64,000 nt of DNA, from contig JABCTZ010000019.1 of assembly GCA_018238155.1 (NCBI GenBank), positions 96,001-160,000 of the forward strand, written 5' to 3'. Below, piece after piece: positions 57,576-64,000 of this stretch. Source of the stretch: Candidatus Heimdallarchaeota archaeon (GTDB lineage Archaea > Asgardarchaeota > Heimdallarchaeia > JABLTI01). Each line of letters starts with the position of its first letter. Position 1 is the first letter of the stretch. A program made the position numbers and the translations under genes. The notes under the pieces were generated by a model, which was not told the origin of the DNA, made no database searches, and saw nothing but the letters and a program-made list of their open reading frames with translations.

Positions 57576-60508
57576 GTACCCTCCATAATTGATGGTTGAA
57601 ACTCAAAGAATTTCTTCTGATAAAAATGTCTGATGAGGATATCTGCTCCTAATAGACTCAATAATATGATTACCAAATAAAGTGAAAACTGGGCATAAAA
57701 AGGAACGTTCAGAATCCAATTCTCTGCTTTAATTAGAACTCTTAGAAGAAAAACAAGAGACCCAATACCTGCGCCAATGCTTATTGGGAGAATTAGAAGT
57801 AAAATAAGCAAGTACTCAACAAGGAAATTTCTTGAAATAGTCTTAATAGAAAATCCTCGATAACGTAAGACAAGTATCTTCTCTCGTCGAGCATTGATCA
57901 TATCTTGTACTAAAACAATACCAATAATGAAAAATGAAATACCTCCAAAAATGCCTGTTACAATTGATAATGCTATGATACTAGTAGCAAAAGTTGGCAA
58001 GTAATCAGGATAAACATCCATCCAAGTTGTATGATCAATTGAATAAGGTATTGATTGTAATGCTAGTAAAAGTGCATTCATTTCTGATTGTTTTTTGACT
58101 TTAATAATAACAGCCTCGTCTATTAAAATAACTGAAATATCTTCATTATGCTGAAGAACTGTTTGGAAAGCTGATTCAGTCATAACTAGAAAAGGAATAG
58201 AATTTTTTTCAAAATGAAATGTTGAAAGTTGGTAGTCATTTAATAGTATTGGAAAGATACTATACATATCAAAAACTTGGAATTCCTTTTCAACAAGCTG
58301 CTCATCATCAGCTGTATTATTGTTAAAACCTAACATTATACTATTGTTTTCTGAATCAGAAACAATCCTCCTATTAATAAATAGGTCTTCTGACTGTGTG
58401 AGAATGGAATTCGGAGCATCACTGAATCCCTCTAAGTCATCTATAGTAATTCCCAAATTATAATCTCTGGAATAGGATACTGTTGATCCAAAGGTTGGTG
58501 AGATAACCAATACTTGGTAATCAACGTCAAATATCGATAACTGGACAAGAGAATAATTTGCAGCTGAATGGACAGAAGGAAATAATGAAATATCTGAAAG
58601 TAAAGACGCAGTGTTGGACGGATTTTCTAAATGAATAGAAACGTCAGAACCGAGATCAAATTTTGCAGAATAGGTAGCATGTTGTGATATATAAAGTGGA
58701 ATTAAAAAAGCTTGAATAAAGATTAGAAATGAAAGAGCAATGAAAAAGGATTGTTTTTTGTGATGTTGAAAAGCAAGAGAAAGATTGTGCAAGACTATCG
58801 AGAATTTTTTTGACGCTTTTTTCCAGAGGGATTGCGATAACTTTACTAACTGTTTAAGCAACGAATTTATTAAAATAAAAAGCAAACAGATAATTGTTAT
58901 TGAAATGGAAATATACAAAAAGATATCAAAAATAAAGACTATCTCAGAATCTAAGACAGTCTGTAAATTTAATAAATTTTTAATAATCAATAATGCTGTC
59001 ATAGCTAAAAGTGAAAACAAACTAGTTAATCCGATGACCAGTATTTGAGTTTTGGTTGAACCACTAGTGGTAGCTGTGAAAGAGCTAAGACGATTTGGGT
59101 AGAATTTTTCAACTTTTCTGAGAAGAATTACTAAATTGACAAATGAAAAGACAAACAAGAAAATAAAGAACAATAATGAGGGGACAAATGCCATACCAAA
59201 AGAGATTAGGTTTAGTGTAAGAGAACTTGCCTTTGTTATACCTGAGATAATTCCAAGGTTCAAATATGTTAATGGAACAGCTAAAATAAGAGCTAAAAAA
59301 CAAGAAGAACTAATTTCTATAAAACGAGAAATGGTGAATATCTTGAGGATAGTACTACGAGGAAAACCACGAGTTATGAAATTAGCATAAATGTCTGATA
59401 GCTTGAGAGTATTAGATGAAAAACTAAGCCAAAGAATAAACAAAGAAAATACTAATGATGCAAACCCAATGGCAAAAAGTCGAAACCATTGTTGTTGAAT
59501 ATCCCTTTTAAAGTGAATCATGAAGTCTGCTAATTCAAGAGTGACACTGGCGGAAAGATCATGATAATATGAAAAACCAGATAAATCAGGTAAATTCTCA
59601 GCTGAATTATAAACTTCTTTCAAATCAGCAATTTTTAATGAAGAAAAATCATAGAGGAATTGTATATGGATTTCTATTTCCGATGATAATAGTTTTGGGA
59701 AGGCATGAAAGAAATCAGTTAAGTAATTAATAGAAAGTAATAGCAAAGGTTGATCAGATATAAAGCTTGTATAATAATCTAGAATTTTAAAAAGAAAGGG
59801 ATTTTCCTCTTCAATGATACTTTCAAGCAGGAAATCGTTTGTATTGAAAATATTGGAAATACTAACATTAAATGGATCAATAACGAATGTGTTATTTACA
59901 ATTAATTCAGATTCTTCTTGAACAAAAGGTAAAATTGAAATGGTATCACCAATTGAATAGGTGTATTCAAGAGTAGTCTGTTCTGGCAAATCATTTTTTT
60001 GTACTAATATACATTCATCAAAAGAAATAGGAATTTCATTGATTATCTCAAAATATTTAGAGATTTGATTTAAGGATTCATTCTGTATAAATAAAATATT
60101 TGAAGAAGCGATTTCCCCCTCTGAGTAATATTGTAATTGAGCATCACAATTGGATATATAACCATCAATATATTTGTCTAAATTTGAGTTAAAAATAATG
60201 TCATCAATATCTCTATTAATTTCTGCAATAAGGTTTGAGGGAATATTTGATGTATTAGTAAGATAAGAATTAGAGAAGAAATAACCTATAGAATGTTGTT
60301 CATCTCCTTCTAAAGGATGTAAAGATTGGTATTCCAATAAAAAAGAAGACTGTACACTTAAACCAATGAAAAGTATTGGGAAAAATAAAAGAAATGGAAG
60401 CATAAAACTTAGAATTGAGAATAGTAAGTGTTTTTTATCACTGAATGTAAAAGAAAATGCACAATACAGTAATGATTTAATTGAGAAAGTATCTTTTTGA
60501 ATAACCAT
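57572..60508 (-). CDS. FtsX/MacB-like ABC permease (duplicated)
   Basis: Two TM clusters with large extracellular loops; FITRGFPRSTI and RREKILVLRYRGFS motifs; GSDV. Confidence 0.8.
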   Translation of the reverse strand: MVIQKDTFSIKSLLYCAFSFTFSDKKHLLFSILSFMLPFLLFFPILFIGLSVQSSFLLEYQSLHPLEGDEQHSIGYFFSNSYLTNTSNIPSNLIAEINRDIDDIIFNSNLDKYIDGYISNCDAQLQYYSEGEIASSNILFIQNESLNQISKYFEIINEIPISFDECILVQKNDLPEQTTLEYTYSIGDTISILPFVQEESELIVNNTFVIDPFNVSISNIFNTNDFLLESIIEEENPFLFKILDYYTSFISDQPLLLLSINYLTDFFHAFPKLLSSEIEIHIQFLYDFSSLKIADLKEVYNSAENLPDLSGFSYYHDLSASVTLELADFMIHFKRDIQQQWFRLFAIGFASLVFSLFILWLSFSSNTLKLSDIYANFITRGFPRSTILKIFTISRFIEISSSCFLALILAVPLTYLNLGIISGITKASSLTLNLISFGMAFVPSLLFFIFLFVFSFVNLVILLRKVEKFYPNRLSSFTATTSGSTKTQILVIGLTSLFSLLAMTALLIIKNLLNLQTVLDSEIVFIFDIFLYISISITIICLLFILINSLLKQLVKLSQSLWKKASKKFSIVLHNLSLAFQHHKKQSFFIALSFLIFIQAFLIPLYISQHATYSAKFDLGSDVSIHLENPSNTASLLSDISLFPSVHSAANYSLVQLSIFDVDYQVLVISPTFGSTVSYSRDYNLGITIDDLEGFSDAPNSILTQSEDLFINRRIVSDSENNSIMLGFNNNTADDEQLVEKEFQVFDMYSIFPILLNDYQLSTFHFEKNSIPFLVMTESAFQTVLQHNEDISVILIDEAVIIKVKKQSEMNALLLALQSIPYSIDHTTWMDVYPDYLPTFATSIIALSIVTGIFGGISFFIIGIVLVQDMINARREKILVLRYRGFSIKTISRNFLVEYLLILLLILPISIGAGIGSLVFLLRVLIKAENWILNVPFYAQFSLYLVIILLSLLGADILIRHFYQKKFFEFQPSIMEGT

Positions 60509-60510
60509 TT

Positions 60511-61989
60511 TTAATTCTCTTCTCTGCTTTTTTGTTTTTTCTTATAGCGGTGAAAGTAATAGTAACCAACTCCTCCAAAAATAATAGGAATAATGATTGA
60601 ACTGGTTATTATTAGCCAATAATAGGGTGATTTGATTGCTCTAATAAAATAAGGTTTACTTATGTCATTAGCATATATACCATATATACCAAGTGAGGAG
60701 ATTATGTTATTATCTCCTCCAAAAGAATGATATTGAGAATGATCATTGTATGCATACCCTAGTAAATATGAATCAAGATAGGAGTTAGATGTACAGTTAT
60801 AGATAAAACGCGAATGGAAAGGATTTAAATTACTTTCCAGATTAAGATTTATGTAATTCCAATCTCCATTAATCGTCAATGAGTAATTGATTAAAGCTAT
60901 TTGTCTGAACTCTGAATGTGCAGTAGATTTTCTATAAATTATTGAAAGTTGCGAATTGTGAATATATGCATCAAAAATCTCAAGTCCTTTATATGTATAA
61001 AATCTAACATTGGGGTCTATTCTTGTATTCAATGTTACATATGCGCTTTCGGATACACTTGTTAAGTTAAAGGTTGAAGAGGTACTGTTGTATTCAAATA
61101 GAGCAAATTCTGTTGGAGAACTTGTTGAAGCAGATAAGGTACAGAGTAAGTAGATGTTGTCTGTTAACTGATTATACAACAATCTTCCAACTCTTATGCT
61201 ACCTTTTATATTATAACCTGGATTGGAGAATGAGCAATTAGAATAATTAGTTAGAGAATGAGTAAGGAAATCGTATTCATATAAACGATAGTTATCTTTT
61301 CCTGTATCAAAATAGAGAAAATAGGCACTGTTATTATTTGGATTATAACAAGAGGAAATATCCTCTAACATACCATATTCAATATATTTATTAGTTGTTT
61401 TTTTAGTTTGATTGAGATCAAATACTATGATATCTGTCTTATTCCCTAAAATATTATAGCTAGTTAGTAAGTAAATTGCTTGATTATTATCTAAAATATT
61501 TACTCCTAAAATACTGGGTGTTGACCGATAGTCAATGAGATAGTTAGTTCCATCAATAAGAAAAATCTTTTGACTTTCATTTGAAGTTGAATTATAGTAA
61601 TAACACCAAAACTCTCGATTATATTCTTGCGTAGTCTCATTTTTCACAGAGAGAGCATAAGCAAAATAAAATGATTTCTCCATAGTTGAGGTAAAAAAGT
61701 ATTGTCTTTCAGGATAAAACCCCTTTTCTTCCAGTAATTCTTTTTCTACTACTTCTCCATCTTCTATAAAAAAATGGCTAAGTTTTGTACTATCTTTGTG
61801 GTCAGAAATACCAATAAAGTGAAGCTGGTTATCAATTAAATAGCTTCCACATAATCCTAAATCATCACCAGTTACTATTAGATTTGAAACACTTAGAAAC
61901 TCTTTTCCTTGAGCAAAACTTATCATAAATGGAGAAATAAATAAATAAGAAATCAAAAAAATATTGAATAAATGCTTCTTCCCTAACAT
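60511..61989 (-). CDS. Secreted beta-rich (propeller-like) protein with C-terminal TM anchor
   Basis: Signal peptide, Tyr/Asn-rich beta segments with many sequons, TM helix and basic tail. Confidence 0.65.
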   Translation of the reverse strand: MLGKKHLFNIFLISYLFISPFMISFAQGKEFLSVSNLIVTGDDLGLCGSYLIDNQLHFIGISDHKDSTKLSHFFIEDGEVVEKELLEEKGFYPERQYFFTSTMEKSFYFAYALSVKNETTQEYNREFWCYYYNSTSNESQKIFLIDGTNYLIDYRSTPSILGVNILDNNQAIYLLTSYNILGNKTDIIVFDLNQTKKTTNKYIEYGMLEDISSCYNPNNNSAYFLYFDTGKDNYRLYEYDFLTHSLTNYSNCSFSNPGYNIKGSIRVGRLLYNQLTDNIYLLCTLSASTSSPTEFALFEYNSTSSTFNLTSVSESAYVTLNTRIDPNVRFYTYKGLEIFDAYIHNSQLSIIYRKSTAHSEFRQIALINYSLTINGDWNYINLNLESNLNPFHSRFIYNCTSNSYLDSYLLGYAYNDHSQYHSFGGDNNIISSLGIYGIYANDISKPYFIRAIKSPYYWLIITSSIIIPIIFGGVGYYYFHRYKKKQKSREEN

Positions 61990-62109
61990 ATGTAAACATC
62001 CTTTTAACCTGTTCTTAACATAATTTTGGTAGCTTTTCTCGTTACAGTTTTTTACTATTTTCATTTGTTTTTTATAAAAAAGAAAAAAAATAATTGGAAA
62101 GAGTATTAT

Positions 62110-62766
62110 TTAGTCGTAGTATGGTGCTGGGAAGCTTATGTAATTGATTACATCTTCTACTTGCCAATCATCACCATTGGAGTAATAATCATCCATATAA
62201 TAATACATGGGAGTCCAATTACTTAATACATAACCTGCAGACCACCAAGTAAAATCATCTCGATCACGTCCAAAAACCTTGGCTCCTTCACGTTCAAAAA
62301 TCATATTACCTCGGTTTTTAATTTGAAAGACACACATGCGATAATCATCTTGTGAACTATCGCCAAAGTTTGTATTTAATGTAGAATCACGTTTTACACC
62401 ACCATCATATGAATCGATAATGTAGTTAAAGTCATCATAATCACCATTATCATTAGAATCTGAAACACAAATAATTATAAAGTCCATATTATTAAGATAA
62501 GGACAAACTACTCCATTTGATCCTCCACGAGATTCATAGATATAAAAGTCATTTCGATTTGTTGTTTCATATAAAAAGTAATGAATGGCTTTACCACCTG
62601 TTGATGGCACATCAACTAAAAGAATTAATGTTTCATCATAGTATACACTAGATCCATTGAAATACAGATAACAATTATCGTATATATATGAATTACTTAG
62701 ATTTGAATTCACAAACATTAATCCTAGAAAACTTATTAGTAATAAATTCAAGTATTTTTGTTTCAA
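62110..62766 (-). CDS. Secreted Asp/Asn/Tyr-rich hypothetical protein
   Basis: Signal peptide, GGAG SD motif, DSNDNGDYDD loop. Confidence 0.65.
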   Translation of the reverse strand: MKQKYLNLLLISFLGLMFVNSNLSNSYIYDNCYLYFNGSSVYYDETLILLVDVPSTGGKAIHYFLYETTNRNDFYIYESRGGSNGVVCPYLNNMDFIIICVSDSNDNGDYDDFNYIIDSYDGGVKRDSTLNTNFGDSSQDDYRMCVFQIKNRGNMIFEREGAKVFGRDRDDFTWWSAGYVLSNWTPMYYYMDDYYSNGDDWQVEDVINYISFPAPYYD

Positions 62767-63052
62767 TTTATACTCTCCAGTAAGTTATTCCTTTTCGAGA
62801 AACAACTACTTGAAAAAAAAAAGCAGTTCAAACTGATATTTAAACATTTCTCAGTTTTGAATTATTGTCGATTTAGTTATTTTACTCTTGTAAATATTCT
62901 TATTCAAAATGAAAACAATCAATGTTATTTATTATTGGGTCTATACAATTCTGCAATTCAGAAATGAATTGATTATCATAAGTGAACACTAAATTTCTAT
63001 TACTCGTGTTTTTTCTATCAATTTCATTAAAATAAAAAAAAACTCTTCAAAT

Positions 63053-63084
63053 GAAGTCGTGGATACACATTCCATCTGGTCCAC
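63053..63084 (+). repeat. Decayed direct repeat of tRNA-Ala 3' half (att-like)
   Basis: GAAGTC-GTGGATACACATTCCATCTGGTCCAC vs tRNA GAAGGCTACGGATTCAAATTCCGTCCGGTCCAC (25/33 by hand). Confidence 0.6.
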
Positions 63085-63088
63085 ATCT

Positions 63089-64000
63089 CTATTCTAGTTT
63101 TTCTTTCTGAAATGATCGAGCACCCATTTCTTTGATAGTGCAACTAGCAGCCTTTGTTCCAAGTTTAGCTGCTTTTTGAACATCTCCATCTTTTAAAAAT
63201 TCATGAAGGAATCCTGCAATAAATGCGTCTCCTGCTCCTGTCGTGTCAACAACTGTTGTTGGTATTGCTTCTTGGAAATGCTCTATGCCATCAGAATTCT
63301 TTACAAGTACTCCATCTTCTCCTAAAGTTAAAACAGCATTTTCTGAATACTGAAGCATCTTGTTGATTATATCGTTATGGTCATCGAGATCTGTAAATGC
63401 CTTGCCTTCGAATTGATTGGCAAATAAAACATATGGAGGATATTTTTTCATCATTTTTTGTAGCGTAGGCAATGTTTGTTCAATTACTGAATGTGATGCA
63501 AGATCAAAAGTTGTTTTTTGAGCATTCTCTAAAATTTTCCATAATACCTCTTGTGAATTGATAATTAGGTATCCTTCAATATGGTTTATTCCTGCATTGG
63601 TGATAATCTTTTCAGCAACTGAATCAGGATGTAAAATTTCGGAAGCTCCCCAGTGCACAATAAAGGTCCGATCTTTATCTGGTGTGATAAGTGAAAAGAG
63701 CTGTCCTGTTGCTTTTTCTTTATCTAAAACACTGACAGGTTCTACTCCTTCTTCTTTCAAGATTTGCATAAAATGCCAACCATCTTCATCATCTCCATGT
63801 TTACCACAAAAGGATACATTTGAACCCAATTTAGCTAAATTGGACATAATATTTGCTGCACTTCCCCCGGGATTTTTAAAAATCGTTGTTTCAGGCATTC
63901 CTTCTAATCGTTTGATAATATCTGTAATGATCTCGAAATTAACTCTCTTGTGTCCACCTTTCTCAATTTCTACATCTAGTAAAAATGGATAATCTACTTC
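63089..64000 (-). CDS. PfkB-family carbohydrate/adenosine kinase (5' end beyond window)
   Basis: PGGSAAN, DRTF, ANQFE, TLGEDG, VDTTGAGDAF; the frame is open to base 64000. Confidence 0.92.
   Translation of the reverse strand, partial: EVDYPFLLDVEIEKGGHKRVNFEIITDIIKRLEGMPETTIFKNPGGSAANIMSNLAKLGSNVSFCGKHGDDEDGWHFMQILKEEGVEPVSVLDKEKATGQLFSLITPDKDRTFIVHWGASEILHPDSVAEKIITNAGINHIEGYLIINSQEVLWKILENAQKTTFDLASHSVIEQTLPTLQKMMKKYPPYVLFANQFEGKAFTDLDDHNDIINKMLQYSENAVLTLGEDGVLVKNSDGIEHFQEAIPTTVVDTTGAGDAFIAGFLHEFLKDGDVQKAAKLGTKAASCTIKEMGARSFQKEKLE

Larger units (their letters stand above)
55777..63084. mobile_element. Putative ~7.3-kb integrase-less island at tRNA-Ala
   Basis: Bounded by the tRNA 3' half (55777-55809) and a decayed direct copy (63053-63084); four co-oriented, visibly AT-rich genes inside. 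Confidence 0.6.

Noticed and set aside
63059-63075. Apparent compensatory base change in the T-stem of the tRNA-Ala copy suggesting a functional split tRNA half
   Set aside because: The T-loop is corrupted (TACACAT), there is no BHB or leader for trans-splicing, and CpG-type decay explains both changes more simply.
1442-63992. The many short antisense or alternate-frame ORFs in the track (e.g. 1442-1732, 5347-5733, 52423-52791, 63558-63992)
   Set aside because: They lie within well-supported genes and show Ser/Phe/Ile-rich shadow-frame composition with no motifs.
1-64000. CRISPR array, rRNA, IS/transposase, integrase or phage genes
   Set aside because: No regularly spaced repeats, no long structured GC-rich RNA region and no transposase, integrase or capsid motifs were seen.

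Overview
AT-rich archaeal chromosomal segment that looks like an Asgard archaeon, probably Heimdallarchaeia; this is inferred from gene content, not from a database search. Housekeeping genes: smc (5' part), nadK, nob1, rpl1-rplP0, rpl10e, proS, trmI, rnp4, hypB, tldD-pmbA, aor and a PfkB kinase (cut by the window edge). It also has three tRNAs: Pro-CGG and Ala-CGC with BHB introns, and Leu-CAG. Eukaryotic-signature-like genes are interleaved: two Roadblock proteins, a longin/NPRL2-like protein, Rab-like and MglA-like GTPases, a Rab-thioredoxin fusion, a RING finger, an Rpn11-like JAMM protease, and TRAP-alpha-like, DPM2-like, CdvA-like and SSUH2-like proteins. The best candidate for a new system is a minus-strand cluster at 21598-25309. 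It encodes a ParM/StbA-type actin-like ATPase, an overlapping ParR-like ribbon-helix-helix protein with a WH2/beta-thymosin-like LKKVETNEK motif, a helical-repeat/Zn-ribbon protein and an MglA-type GTPase, followed by a 1409-aa SF2 helicase. Two integrase-less islets are bounded by decayed copies of tRNA 3' halves (tRNA-Leu, about 2.3 kb; tRNA-Ala, about 7.3 kb). All family calls are by-eye motif recognition and need HMM or structure confirmation.
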